From NCBI GenBank assembly GCA_938045815.1, contig CALIBI010000010.1, positions 1-51,051 on the forward strand: a stretch of 51,051 nucleotides of DNA, written 5' to 3'. The notes under the pieces were generated by a model that searched no databases, was not told the origin of the DNA, and saw nothing but the letters and a program-made list of their open reading frames with translations. The stretch comes from an uncultured Sulfolobales archaeon (GTDB lineage: Archaea > Thermoproteota > Thermoprotei_A > Sulfolobales > NBVN01). The translations under genes and the position numbers were made by a program. Shown piece by piece: positions 1 through 10,410 of this stretch (position 1 is its first letter; each line of letters starts with the position of its first letter).

Positions 1-2
1 CT

Positions 3-3000
3 GCGAGCATCCTAGCAATACACTCAAGACTTAACAAAAAAGAGAAAGAAGAGAGAGTGAGGAGGCTGGAAGACCCTAAAGGGTTTGATATCCTCATAAC
101 TACTTCCAGGTATTTCATGAAGAATTACGACAAAATAAGCAAGCATGACTTTGTTTTTGTTTTTGTTGATGACGTGGACGCGGTCTTAAGAGGTTCGAAA
201 GCAATAAACTACTTACTCAACTTAATGGGTTTCACCGATTCCGACATAGAGAAAGGATTAAAAATAATCAGACTTAAGAGAGAGTTAGGACTGAGGGGTG
301 AGTCTAGCGAGCTAGTTGAGGAAATCGAGAAGCTGAGATCTGAGGTGATGAAGCGTAGAAACACTGATAAAGTCTTGGTGATAGCTTCAGCTACAGGGAA
401 CCCCAGAGGACTCAGAGTTAGGTTATTCAGGGAGTTGATGGGGTTTGAGATAGGTGCTAGACCTGAGCTAATAAGGAATATAGAAGACACGTACATCAAG
501 ACTGAGAACCTCGAGAACGCTATTGAGGAGACAGTGAAGCTCGTGAAGACTTTAGGGGGAGGCGGGATAATCTACGTCCCGACGGACTTAGGTGTAGAGT
601 TTGCTGAGGAGCTCGCTTCTAACCTCAGATCACGCGGGATAGCAGCTGAAGCAATGCATAGCAGGAAGATAAAAACTCTGGAAGAATTTGTTTCGGGTTC
701 TATAGAAGTCTTGGTGGGGGTAGCCACCTACTACGGCGTGTTGGTTAGGGGTATTGATCTCCCGACTAGAATAAGGTACGCTATATTTGTTGACGTACCT
801 AGACACAAGATAAACCTAAGACTTGATAAGTTGAGTGTTATTGATGTGATGAGACTCATACCTTTGTTGAGAGACGCAGTAACGGACTTAAGCGATAGGC
901 GTTTCCTTGAGAACGCTTTCGTTAAGTTGAGGAGGGTTTTGAGGAGGTCTGGGAGTTACTTCCTCAAGATAGTTGATGAGGTGTTGAGGGGTGAGAGGAG
1001 TCCGCAGACAGCGAGTGAGAAACTCTTCGTAGAGGTTTATGAGAGAGTTCATGAATTGCTGAAAAACCAGACTATCGTAGAGAACCTGATTAAGCACCCG
1101 GAAGCTATCGTTGTTAGTGAGGGAGGGAATCTCTACGTACTAATACCTGACGCCCCAACATACATTCAAGCTAGTGGGAGGACTTCCAGGCTCTACTTAG
1201 GTGGTGTGAGTAAGGGTCTCTCAATCATAGTAACCTGGAATGAGAAACTCTTGAGAGCTCTTGAGAGAAGACTGAAGCTGCTTACCGGGGAGTTTGAGTT
1301 TAAGAATTTAGGAGAGATTGACTTGAGTCAGGTAATTAGTGAGGTAGACAGAACGCGTGAGGAGATCCTAGCTATAGGTAGGGGTGAGTTAATTGAGGAT
1401 TTAGTTAAGAGGGTGGAGGTTAAGACAGCTCTCATGATTGTTGAGTCACCTAATAAAGCTAGGACTATAGCTAGGATGTTCGGGAAACCTAGCGTTAAGG
1501 AATACGGGAGGCTGAGAGTTTATGAGGTGAACTTAGGTAATTACACTCTACTGATTACTGCTAGCGGCGGCCACATATATGAGTTAATTACTGATCAAGG
1601 AGTTGATGGGGTGGAGCCTGCTGATTACGTTTACGGGGTTTTAAGCCGTAGAGGAGTTGTCGATAAGTCTTCTTTCGTTCCGGTATTCGCTCCTATAAAG
1701 AGGTGTGTGAAGTGTGGTTATCAGTTCGCGTCACTCGGTAACAGTACTTCATGCCCTCTCTGCGGATCAGAAAGCATCCTGAGTTCCTCGGACGTGATTC
1801 AGTCTTTGAGAGAAGTAGCTTACGAGGTTGATGAGGTACTACTAAGTACGGATCCGGACACTGAAGGTGAGAAGATAGCTTACGATCTCTATCACGCTCT
1901 AACCCCGTTCAATAGAGTCATAAAGAGGATTGAGTTTCATGAGGTGACTCGTAAGGCAGTGACTAACGCTCTGAGTAATCCTCGCGACATAAACTTCAAG
2001 CTAGTTAAGGCACAGCTCCTTAGGAGGATTGAGGATAGGTGGATAGGATTCTCGCTTTCCGGTAAGCTACAGAACGAGTTTTGGAGAGATTACTTCTGTT
2101 CAAGACTTGCTTCAGCTACTAACGAACACATCAATGCTAGATCGAGGCGAGTCAGCAAGTATTTAGTACTCTGCAGCAAGTATAGAGAGTCTTTCAAGGG
2201 ATTGAGTGCTGGGAGGGTTCAAAGCCCTGTTCTCGGGTGGATCATAGAAAGCTATAAAGAACACCGTGAGTCTTTATCGACGTATTTGTTGTTGCGTTTC
2301 AGAGATCTGAGTATCGCTGTCAAGATACCTAAGGATTTGAGGGACTTAATTACTCGCGACAACGTTAGTGAGGTTCTGGTTAGTGTTAGAAGTAGTGAGG
2401 TGAGTGAAGAGCAGGTGAGTCCGCCGCCACCATACACCACCGATACCGCATTATCTGATATCTCAAACGCTTTAAGAATCTCAGCATCTCAAGTGATGAA
2501 GATCCTGCAGGAACTCTTTGAGTTTGGTTTAATAACTTATCACAGAACCGATAGTGTGAGAGTTTCTGACGCTGGGGTCAGGGTTGCGAAGGAGTATCTG
2601 ATTAGTAGGTTTGGTGATTCGTGGACTGAGTTCTTTGAAGGTAGGTCATGGGGTGTTGGTGGTGCTCACGAATGTATAAGGCCTACAAGACCTGTCGATG
2701 CGGAGATGCTTAGGGAACTGATTAGTGAGGGTGTTATTGAGATTCCTAGAAGACTTAATAACACGCATTTCAGGGTTTATGACATGGTGTTCAGGAGGTT
2801 CATCGCTTCTCAAATGTCTAAGGCTACGGTCAGGAAGAGAGTTGTGGAATTCTTTGCGGAAGTGGTTACTAAGGACTCAAGGCGTGTTGGGTTACCGCCT
2901 ACTAGCAAGGAAGTAGTTTCTGAGGTCGTGTTTGAGGGGTTTGACACGATCCTCAAGAGTCTGAGAGTTTATCGAATTCCTGAAGACGGTCTTTACAGTT

Positions 3001-3383
3001 CTGGGGTTTCTGACCTTAAGCACGAGATTAGGGTGATGTACGAGGTTCCGCTACTCACTCAAGCGTCCGTAGTGAGAATTATGAAGGAGAGAGGTATTGG
3101 CAGACCATCAACTTACGCTAAAGTGATTGAGACTATTCTTAAACGTAGGTACGCGTTCTCTAGAAAGAGAGGGGAACTAATACCCTCATTACTAGGTGTT
3201 GAGGTACACAACTACTTGACTGAGAGATACGCGCGTCTAGTTAGTGAGGAGAGAACTAGAGTTCTGGAGAGTAGGATGAGCCTTATAGAAAGTGATGACA
3301 CGCTATATAATGATTTGCTTAAAGAATTATATGAGGAGCTAGAAAGAAACGAATTGCTTGGTGTGACTGGGTATGAGCTATAG
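3..3383 (+). CDS. rgy: Reverse gyrase (5'-truncated by window edge)
   Basis: SF2 helicase motifs (FVDDVD, SATG, RGIDLP, QASGRTSR) fused to topoisomerase IA motifs (IVESPNKA, CxxC..CxxC Zn finger, TDPDTEGE, SAGRVQ, ITYHRTDS, GIGRPSTY). The frame is open from position 3 (ASILAIHSRL...), so the real start lies upstream of the window. Confidence 0.97.
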   Translation, partial: ASILAIHSRLNKKEKEERVRRLEDPKGFDILITTSRYFMKNYDKISKHDFVFVFVDDVDAVLRGSKAINYLLNLMGFTDSDIEKGLKIIRLKRELGLRGESSELVEEIEKLRSEVMKRRNTDKVLVIASATGNPRGLRVRLFRELMGFEIGARPELIRNIEDTYIKTENLENAIEETVKLVKTLGGGGIIYVPTDLGVEFAEELASNLRSRGIAAEAMHSRKIKTLEEFVSGSIEVLVGVATYYGVLVRGIDLPTRIRYAIFVDVPRHKINLRLDKLSVIDVMRLIPLLRDAVTDLSDRRFLENAFVKLRRVLRRSGSYFLKIVDEVLRGERSPQTASEKLFVEVYERVHELLKNQTIVENLIKHPEAIVVSEGGNLYVLIPDAPTYIQASGRTSRLYLGGVSKGLSIIVTWNEKLLRALERRLKLLTGEFEFKNLGEIDLSQVISEVDRTREEILAIGRGELIEDLVKRVEVKTALMIVESPNKARTIARMFGKPSVKEYGRLRVYEVNLGNYTLLITASGGHIYELITDQGVDGVEPADYVYGVLSRRGVVDKSSFVPVFAPIKRCVKCGYQFASLGNSTSCPLCGSESILSSSDVIQSLREVAYEVDEVLLSTDPDTEGEKIAYDLYHALTPFNRVIKRIEFHEVTRKAVTNALSNPRDINFKLVKAQLLRRIEDRWIGFSLSGKLQNEFWRDYFCSRLASATNEHINARSRRVSKYLVLCSKYRESFKGLSAGRVQSPVLGWIIESYKEHRESLSTYLLLRFRDLSIAVKIPKDLRDLITRDNVSEVLVSVRSSEVSEEQVSPPPPYTTDTALSDISNALRISASQVMKILQELFEFGLITYHRTDSVRVSDAGVRVAKEYLISRFGDSWTEFFEGRSWGVGGAHECIRPTRPVDAEMLRELISEGVIEIPRRLNNTHFRVYDMVFRRFIASQMSKATVRKRVVEFFAEVVTKDSRRVGLPPTSKEVVSEVVFEGFDTILKSLRVYRIPEDGLYSSGVSDLKHEIRVMYEVPLLTQASVVRIMKERGIGRPSTYAKVIETILKRRYAFSRKRGELIPSLLGVEVHNYLTERYARLVSEERTRVLESRMSLIESDDTLYNDLLKELYEELERNELLGVTGYEL

Positions 3384-4179
3384 GAAAACTGTAGCCGTAG
3401 TAAGACTAGACTTAAGCAGTAGTTCTAGAGTGTATGCTGAGTCTATAAACGAGGTCTTAGAACACATATCGAGCAACGTAAATCTGCTTTTATGTCTTTC
3501 TTCAGTGAATTCTCTTCATGATTTCATTAATGGGTACAGAATGTACAATAATTACAGGAATTATGTGAGGAACGTTACTAAGAAGCTACTTAACGTGGCT
3601 AGGAGGAGGGGAGTCTCCATCGCAATAACTCCTATTATTAGGAAGGGAGGTAATAAAGCATATTTTTCTACTGGTGTGATACCCCCGTTAGGACAGCCGT
3701 TCTTCAAGGCAGGTAATATACTGCCTATCAATGATAAAATATCGTCGAACAAAACTACCGAGGTATTTGATGTTGGTGGTATTAAGCTATGTTTTATTTA
3801 CTTGAAAGAACTTGAAGTGCCTGAAGCAGCGAGAGTATGTAAGTTTTTAGGGAGCGACATCATAGTATCAGTTAATCCACCACTACTGACTGAGCGCGAC
3901 CCAGAATTAACTCTTAAGTTAGGTGTTGTTAGGGCTGTGGAGAACAACATACCTCTCGTTGGTTTAGGAGGTTATTTAAGTAATAGGAAGCTGCAACAAC
4001 CAACTTTCCTAATTAATAGTTCTGGTGACGTAGTTGATTTCTATAACGATTACGAGCCTGCAGTCTTTGAGGTTGAGATAGAGAGGCTATATCGTTTAGT
4101 GAGGTTAGACCTAATGCGTAGGTACATAAAACTAATTAAGGAGATAAGTACCTACCAGACACACAGAGACCTTCCTTAA
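3373..4179 (+). CDS. Carbon-nitrogen hydrolase (nitrilase)-fold protein, catalytic motifs degenerate
   Basis: Family-like segments 'EVFDVGGIKLCFIYLKELEVPEAARVCKFLGSDII', 'VRAVENNIPLV' and 'TFLINSSGDVV'. It lacks the FPE and ICYD motifs and overlaps the rgy stop by 11 nt. Confidence 0.65.
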   Translation: MSYRKTVAVVRLDLSSSSRVYAESINEVLEHISSNVNLLLCLSSVNSLHDFINGYRMYNNYRNYVRNVTKKLLNVARRRGVSIAITPIIRKGGNKAYFSTGVIPPLGQPFFKAGNILPINDKISSNKTTEVFDVGGIKLCFIYLKELEVPEAARVCKFLGSDIIVSVNPPLLTERDPELTLKLGVVRAVENNIPLVGLGGYLSNRKLQQPTFLINSSGDVVDFYNDYEPAVFEVEIERLYRLVRLDLMRRYIKLIKEISTYQTHRDLP

Positions 4180-4321
4180 AGCATTCAAGGATTCCTTCAC
4201 GAATCTTGTGTGGTGAGTTTCATAACATAATCTTGCGTGCGTTAGTTTGCGTCGGAGTCGACCATAACTAATACCGAATTTATTATTTTGTTAGAACATA
4301 GTTATATCGGGGTTTAACAAA

Positions 4322-4888
4322 ATGTTTGAGATTAGGTGGCATGGACGTGGTGGTATGGGAGCTGTCACGGCAGCCGACGTAACTGCTTCAGCAGCTATTA
4401 AGGCTGGCTTCTATGCTTTAGCGTTCCCAGAGTTTGGTGCTGAGAGGAGAGGCGCCCCGGTCACGGCGTACACCAGAATCAACAAAGAAATAATCTATGA
4501 TAGAACACCTATAACTAACCCGGACGCTGTAGTAGTTTTAGATCCTTACATGATTACATCACCTAAGGTTCTCGCAGGGTTAAAGGAAGGTGGTTACTTA
4601 ATAGTAAACACCACTAGAGAACCCTCGGAGATCTTGGATCAGATAGCAGACTTAAGACGCTTGAGAATCGCCGTAGCAACTGTTGATGCTACGAGTATTG
4701 CGATGAACATACTTAAGCAACCTATCGTTAATACCGCCATGATAGGTGCTCTGATAGCAGCTACCAAAATAGTATCCCTAGACGACGTGATAGAGGTTGT
4801 TAGGGAGAGGTTTCCCGAAAGATTAGCTGAGATTAACGTGAATATAATTAATGAGTCTTACAAGTTACTTAAGGTGATTAAACAGTGA
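4322..4888 (+). CDS. porG: Pyruvate/2-oxoacid:ferredoxin oxidoreductase gamma subunit
   Basis: EIRWHGRGGMG, FGAERRGAPV and VNTAMIGA motifs; first gene of a tightly coupled four-gene operon. Confidence 0.93.
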   Translation: MFEIRWHGRGGMGAVTAADVTASAAIKAGFYALAFPEFGAERRGAPVTAYTRINKEIIYDRTPITNPDAVVVLDPYMITSPKVLAGLKEGGYLIVNTTREPSEILDQIADLRRLRIAVATVDATSIAMNILKQPIVNTAMIGALIAATKIVSLDDVIEVVRERFPERLAEINVNIINESYKLLKVIKQ

Positions 4889-5205
4889 GTAGTAGGTTGC
4901 CTTCCTGGAAAGAATTACCGATAGGAGCAGTTATACTGGAGCCAGGCTCCTCAAGACGCTATAAGACTCCTGAATGGAGGACTTCAAGACCCGTTATAAA
5001 CCAGGATAAGTGTATCAGGTGCCGTATTTGCTGGTCTTACTGCCCAGAACCGGCAATAATAGAAGCTGATAAACCTTACGTCACCTCAGCAAACAAGAGA
5101 TACGAGATATCCTACCTGATAGACTATGATTACTGTAAAGGTTGCGGTATATGCGCACAGGAGTGTCCTGTTAAAGCTATCGAGATGGTTCCTGAGGTGA
5201 GGTGA
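4885..5205 (+). CDS. porD: 2-oxoacid:ferredoxin oxidoreductase delta subunit (2x[4Fe-4S])
   Basis: WRTSRPVI, CIRCRICWSYCP and YCKGCGICAQECP; GTGA overlap with the gamma gene. Confidence 0.93.
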   Translation: MSSRLPSWKELPIGAVILEPGSSRRYKTPEWRTSRPVINQDKCIRCRICWSYCPEPAIIEADKPYVTSANKRYEISYLIDYDYCKGCGICAQECPVKAIEMVPEVR

Positions 5206-6393
5206 ATGGGTAAAGTAGTTCCGCTCTCAGGTAATTCAGCCGTAGCGTATGCTGTTAAGTCAGCAGATGTGGACGTGATCTCCGCGTACCCTATAACCCC
5301 TCAAACCACAATAGTTGAGAAGCTAGCGGAATTCATAGCTAATGGGGAATTAGACGCTGAAATGATTCATGTAGAGTCAGAACATTCAGCACTCTCAGCA
5401 GCTGTTGGTGCGGCAGCCGCTGGTGCCAGAGTCTATACAGCGTCTTCCTCGCAAGGAATAGCTTTAATGTATGAAATAATGTTCATAGCTTCCTCACTAA
5501 GACTACCTATCGTCATGACCATAGCGACGAGAGCTCTCTCAGCACCCATAAATATATGGAACGATCACAGCGATTTCATGGCTGTCTCGGATACCGGCTG
5601 GATCATGATGATGGCTGAGAATAATCAGGAAGCTCATGATGACATCATACTCGCGTATAAGATAGCGGAAAACCCAGAGGTTCTCTTACCGGTGGTGACT
5701 GCTCTTGACGGGTACTTCATGACTCACACAACAGAGCCTATCAACGTGATAGAGAGGGAGGAAGCGTTAAGCTTCGCACCAAAGAGGAAGACGTGGTTCA
5801 CGCTAGATCCAGATAAACCTGTAACTATGGGTGCTTTGGGAGACCCTCAATGGTATTTCGAGTTTAAGAAGCAGCAGTATGAGGCAATGAAGAAATCTAG
5901 GGAAGTCATTGAGAGAAGTATTGATGAATTCGCTAGGGTGTTTGGCAGGAGATATAATGCGGTTGAGTTTTACGGTGATGAGAATCCTGAAGTGGTGCTG
6001 GTTGCTATGGGTCATGTAGTAGGCAACATTAGAGCTTACTTGAACAAAATGAGAAGTAAGAATTCCAGGGTAGGAGTGCTTAAAGTAAAACTTTACAGGC
6101 CATTCCCAGAAGACTTGATAGTAAGGTATCTTGAGGATGTTGAAATTATTGGTGTGGTTGATAGAGCCTTAATACCTGGTTCCTCAAGTCCTGGACCTCT
6201 GCACTCAGAGATAGTTACAGCACTACGTAAGCATGAAGTGAATACCAAGACTCTAAGTTTCGTGACCGGTCTTGGAGGGAGGCCAGTAACGCACGAACAC
6301 ATAGGAGTGATGCTCAGTAAGCTCTCCGAACTAAAAGATAAGCCAGTCTCCGAACTACCTAGAGAGCCTCTGTTTATTGGGGTGAGAGAATGA
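5206..6393 (+). CDS. porA: 2-oxoacid:ferredoxin oxidoreductase alpha subunit
   Basis: AYPITPQT, VESEHSA, TASSSQG, RALSAPINIWNDHSD and GLGGR motifs. Confidence 0.94.
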   Translation: MGKVVPLSGNSAVAYAVKSADVDVISAYPITPQTTIVEKLAEFIANGELDAEMIHVESEHSALSAAVGAAAAGARVYTASSSQGIALMYEIMFIASSLRLPIVMTIATRALSAPINIWNDHSDFMAVSDTGWIMMMAENNQEAHDDIILAYKIAENPEVLLPVVTALDGYFMTHTTEPINVIEREEALSFAPKRKTWFTLDPDKPVTMGALGDPQWYFEFKKQQYEAMKKSREVIERSIDEFARVFGRRYNAVEFYGDENPEVVLVAMGHVVGNIRAYLNKMRSKNSRVGVLKVKLYRPFPEDLIVRYLEDVEIIGVVDRALIPGSSSPGPLHSEIVTALRKHEVNTKTLSFVTGLGGRPVTHEHIGVMLSKLSELKDKPVSELPREPLFIGVRE

Positions 6394-7334
6394 GTAAAGT
6401 ATTAACTATTAGGGACTTACCTCGTGAAGAAAGGTTCGCACCCGGGCACAGAATGTGTCAGGGTTGTGGCGCCGCTATACTGATGCGGCACATAACTAAG
6501 GCGATACCTAAGGACGCAATAATAGTTCACGCGACCGGGTGTGTTGAGGTAACCACAACACTATATCCTGAAACTTCCTGGATGCATCCATGGCTACACA
6601 TAGCTTTCGAGAATGCCGCGGCCGGTGCTTCAGGTATTGAAGCCGCTCTCAAGGTACTTAAGAGGAAAGGCCAGCTACCTGCTGAGAAAGAAATAAAGGT
6701 AGTAGCTATAGGAGGTGACGGCGGAACCTTCGACATAGGTATTCAAGCGCTCTCAGGAATGCTTGAGAGAGAACATGATATTCTCTACGTAGTTTACGAT
6801 AACGAGGCCTACATGAATACAGGTATACAGAGGAGTGGTGCCACACCTCAATGGGCTTGGACCACAACCACACCTGTAGGGAGGGTGTGGCGTGGTGAGT
6901 GGAGACCAAAGAAAGACATTATAGGGATAGCGCTAGCTCATAAAGTACCGTACGTAGCTACGGTAAACCCAGCATATCTTCCTGATCTCTACATGAAGAT
7001 AAATAAAGCAATGAGTATTAAGGGACCTAAACTAATACATGCGTTCTCCCCCTGCGTGCCTGGTTGGAGGTATGAGCCATCAATAACCATAACGCTATGT
7101 AAGCTGGCTGTGCAGACAGGTTTGTGGGTAAATTACGAAATAGAGAATGGAGTACTGAACGTAACTACCCCAGTACCTAAGAGGAAGCCCGTGAGAGAAT
7201 ACCTGAAACTCCAAGGAAGATTCAGACACCTAACTGAGGAGGAGGTAAACGCCATACAAAAATATGTTGATGAGCAGGTAGCTCACATAAACAAGTTGGT
7301 TGGGAAGGAAGTCATAGGTCCTGTAGAAACTTAA
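6390..7334 (+). CDS. porB: 2-oxoacid:ferredoxin oxidoreductase beta subunit (TPP-binding)
   Basis: GHRMCQGCG, ATGC, GGDGGT...DNEAYMNTGIQRS TPP motif and LQGRFRHL; ATGA overlap. Confidence 0.94.
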   Translation: MSKVLTIRDLPREERFAPGHRMCQGCGAAILMRHITKAIPKDAIIVHATGCVEVTTTLYPETSWMHPWLHIAFENAAAGASGIEAALKVLKRKGQLPAEKEIKVVAIGGDGGTFDIGIQALSGMLEREHDILYVVYDNEAYMNTGIQRSGATPQWAWTTTTPVGRVWRGEWRPKKDIIGIALAHKVPYVATVNPAYLPDLYMKINKAMSIKGPKLIHAFSPCVPGWRYEPSITITLCKLAVQTGLWVNYEIENGVLNVTTPVPKRKPVREYLKLQGRFRHLTEEEVNAIQKYVDEQVAHINKLVGKEVIGPVET

Positions 7335-7378
7335 GTGTTTTTAAGCTTAAATCAACCAAACAGCAAGTATAGTTCTCG

Positions 7379-9538
7379 TTATTCTGTTATAGCGTAGCAA
7401 GACGCTTTAGGTTCGTATATCTCGCCACCACGTCTTAGGTTCCTAATTATTTTCTCAAGAACTTCCTCATCTATTCCGTAATCAGAAGCTCTCTTGCGTA
7501 GTTCCTTATACTTGACACATTCCTCGCCTGAACTCATTATCTCTCTTATCAACTTAATGATGGTGACTTCTTTCTCACGCATACTTTTGGTTTTACCAGT
7601 CATTATTAGGTCTACGTCTATGGTTCCTGTTTCTACGTCCATACCTACCTGCTCCAGGACTGTGTTCATCAGTCTTACTGCTTCTACAGCGTCTTCAGCC
7701 TCCACCTTACTCTTCAGCTTCATCTTAGCGTGTGCTTCCGCAAGCCTGATAAGAGCTTCTAACTGCCTAGTAGTTATGGCGAGTGGTGCGTCTTCTCTCT
7801 CAGCGCTCTTCTTTCTTAACTCTATGTAGTACTCCTTAATTATTTTCTCGGCTTCATCAGTAAGTTCTGGTTTCACGTATTTTCTCGCGTAAGCTATGTA
7901 TTTGCGGAGGAGGTCTGGCGGGACTTCTGACTCAACATAACCTGCTTTCTCGTGTGTTTTTAAGACGTAGCTCGATAGTGAAGTATCTTTTGTTAGGTTA
8001 GGTAGGTCTCTCACTATGAATATTAGGTCGAATCTCGAGAGTATCGTTACTGGTAAGTCTATATTCTCGGCAACACTCTCGCTACTTACGTACCTCCCTC
8101 TCTTAGGGTTCCCGGCAGCCACTACGGTTGTTCTAGCGTTTAGTCTAGCGACTATGCCTGCTTTAGCTATGCTCACGCTACCCTGCTCCATAGCTTCGTG
8201 GATAGCTACTCTATCTTCGTCACGCATCTTATCGATTTCATCGATACTTACTATCCCTCCGTCAGCCAGAACCATTGCTCCAGCTTCTAGGAAGTACTCA
8301 CCTGTTTGTTTGTCTTTGACTACCGCGGCTGTAAGACCTGCAGCACTAGAGCCTTTACCGGTAGTGTAGATTCCTCTAGGAGCTATTCTGGCGGCATACT
8401 GGAGTAGTTGTGATTTAGCTGTTCCCGGATCCCCGACCATGAGGACATGTATGTCGCCTCTGAGTCTGGTCCCGTCTCGCGTGGTTTTTGAATTACCTCC
8501 GAAGAGTGCTAGTGCTATAGCTTCTTTCTCATCCCACATGCCGTAGATTGTTGGGGCTATGCTAGCTATTATCTTGCGTCTTACTAGAGGGTCTCGAGAA
8601 AGCTCAATTATTTTGGCTTCATCCTCAGCACTAAGTTTCAGTTCCTCAAGCAACCTCTGCGCTACGACAACGTTGTTAGCTTCGATGTACGGGGTATAGA
8701 TGATCTTGTTGAATCTGCTTGATCTAGTTAACCTAACAACACCTATCACAGTAACTCTATCGCCCGGCCTAGCAACATCAACTAAATCGTCTGTTAAGAC
8801 TACTTCTATAGACCTAGGTATCTGACCTGCAGGCACTTCCTCAGGTCTCTCCTGAATAACTACTAATTGCCAGTCCCTATACTTAGATCGTTCAGGCTCT
8901 AGCTTTATAGTGCCTCTCCTAAATCTTTCTTCTTCAGACACCAAACCAACACAGACAGGGCAGTACGGGGGTTTCTCTATCTCGTCTCTCAACTCTTCTC
9001 TTTCTTCGGGCGGCCACTCAAACTCGTGTTTCTCACCACTCGGTAGTATGTGGACGTATAATGCTTTGTAGAGTTTACTCTTACCTGGTGTTGCTTTAAC
9101 GATGACGCCGTCGACAGCTATTAACTTACCTAAGTAGTCACTAGTAACTCTCCTTATAGCTACTGTTCTTACCCAGCCGTTCAGCCTAGCGTGAAACTTC
9201 TCAAATCTCTCAACATACTCAGGATACTCACCTTTTATTAAGTCTCTTAAAGCTATGTTGAAAGCGTTGAAAGCTTCGTCAGGATTTTTTTCTATGTATT
9301 CTATGAGGTTGACATCGTATGTTGCTAGGTCTTCGTAATCTATTAGTAGAGATTTACCCCCTTCCCTAATCATTCTTCTTATTCTCTCCTTATACTTGAA
9401 AGACCCGTCACTACTCTTGAAGTTACTTAAGAAAGACTTAATGAGTTCTACGTCTACCTTATGTTCCACGAGAACCTCACGAACATCTAGATCCTCAGCT
9501 CTACTGTTTTCGTTCAATGACAGACAGCCTCCACCCAC
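7379..9538 (-). CDS. mcm: Replicative helicase MCM (start may be slightly downstream, e.g. TTG at 9517)
   Basis: GDPGTAKSQ Walker A, IDEIDKM MCM box, SRFD arginine finger, TTRQLEALIRL and a C-terminal winged helix; no intein. Confidence 0.97.
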   Translation of the reverse strand: MGGGCLSLNENSRAEDLDVREVLVEHKVDVELIKSFLSNFKSSDGSFKYKERIRRMIREGGKSLLIDYEDLATYDVNLIEYIEKNPDEAFNAFNIALRDLIKGEYPEYVERFEKFHARLNGWVRTVAIRRVTSDYLGKLIAVDGVIVKATPGKSKLYKALYVHILPSGEKHEFEWPPEEREELRDEIEKPPYCPVCVGLVSEEERFRRGTIKLEPERSKYRDWQLVVIQERPEEVPAGQIPRSIEVVLTDDLVDVARPGDRVTVIGVVRLTRSSRFNKIIYTPYIEANNVVVAQRLLEELKLSAEDEAKIIELSRDPLVRRKIIASIAPTIYGMWDEKEAIALALFGGNSKTTRDGTRLRGDIHVLMVGDPGTAKSQLLQYAARIAPRGIYTTGKGSSAAGLTAAVVKDKQTGEYFLEAGAMVLADGGIVSIDEIDKMRDEDRVAIHEAMEQGSVSIAKAGIVARLNARTTVVAAGNPKRGRYVSSESVAENIDLPVTILSRFDLIFIVRDLPNLTKDTSLSSYVLKTHEKAGYVESEVPPDLLRKYIAYARKYVKPELTDEAEKIIKEYYIELRKKSAEREDAPLAITTRQLEALIRLAEAHAKMKLKSKVEAEDAVEAVRLMNTVLEQVGMDVETGTIDVDLIMTGKTKSMREKEVTIIKLIREIMSSGEECVKYKELRKRASDYGIDEEVLEKIIRNLRRGGEIYEPKASCYAITE

Positions 9539-10052
9539 TAATTACTGATTTAAGAATCTTTAATAGGACGCCCTCCTCAATAAGCACCTTATCTAGGTAC
9601 TCGTTGATTTCTTCCTCATTAGATAAGACAGCTATTTTAGTTATTTTCCTCACTCTATACTGAATGAGGTCGTCAAGATTACTTTCGAGCTTAAGTAAGC
9701 TGATAGCGATTTCCGGTTCTTTCGCGGAAGCTTCTCTGATTCTATGCATGAGCTCACGTACTTCAAGGTAAAACCTAGTCTTCAGCTTAGCGAAATCTTT
9801 ATCACCACTCCCTTTCTCGCTTATTAAAGCCATAGCAACCTCTCGAGGATCCAGCATGCTTTCCTTGATTTCCACTGATCCATCCTTGCTTAAGAGTTCT
9901 GCTAGCCAGAGAGGTATCGAAGCCTCAACACCCCTACTTAGTAACTCTGTAGAACTCCCTACAGTAAGCTTACCTAAATCCCTAAAAACAGCTACCTTAA
10001 CAGGACTTAATTCGTGGTAGTACGTTGCTAGACCTACTAGGGACTTTATCAT
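9501..10052 (-). CDS. GINS subunit (Gins23-type, B-A domain order)
   Basis: N-terminal B-domain 'VEASIPLWLAELL' followed by a helical A-domain 'RVRKI...E.EEG'. It sits directly upstream of and overlaps mcm, as in crenarchaeal gins23-mcm operons. Confidence 0.85.
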   Translation of the reverse strand: MIKSLVGLATYYHELSPVKVAVFRDLGKLTVGSSTELLSRGVEASIPLWLAELLSKDGSVEIKESMLDPREVAMALISEKGSGDKDFAKLKTRFYLEVRELMHRIREASAKEPEIAISLLKLESNLDDLIQYRVRKITKIAVLSNEEEINEYLDKVLIEEGVLLKILKSVISGWRLSVIERKQ

Positions 10053-10157
10053 GGTACTCCAAACACTATCTAACCGCTACATAGTATTTAAACTTACTAC
10101 TTAATCACTAAACACACGAGAAATACTTAAAAGCTCTCGTGAGTCAATGTAAAGGAA

Positions 10158-10254
<97 letters not shown>

Positions 10255-10274
10255 CAATCATGATCATAAATGCT

Positions 10275-10333
10275 CGGAGATGAGGAGTGGTCACCGCCTG
10301 AAGAACGTGATGAAGGCTCGTGTTACTGATCCC
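10275..10333 (+). ncRNA. C/D-box guide sRNA
   Basis: C ATGAGGA (10280) - 11-nt guide GTGGTCACCGC - D' CTGA (10298) - C' GTGATGA (10307) - 12-nt guide AGGCTCGTGTTA - D CTGA (10326), with short GGA/TCC terminal pairing. Confidence 0.85.
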
Positions 10334-10410
10334 CCTAAAACACCAACGTTCACGGACTCCAAAACTCAGTAGTCTTATCACTAAACATATTTATAAGCTC
10401 CACGCCAAAG

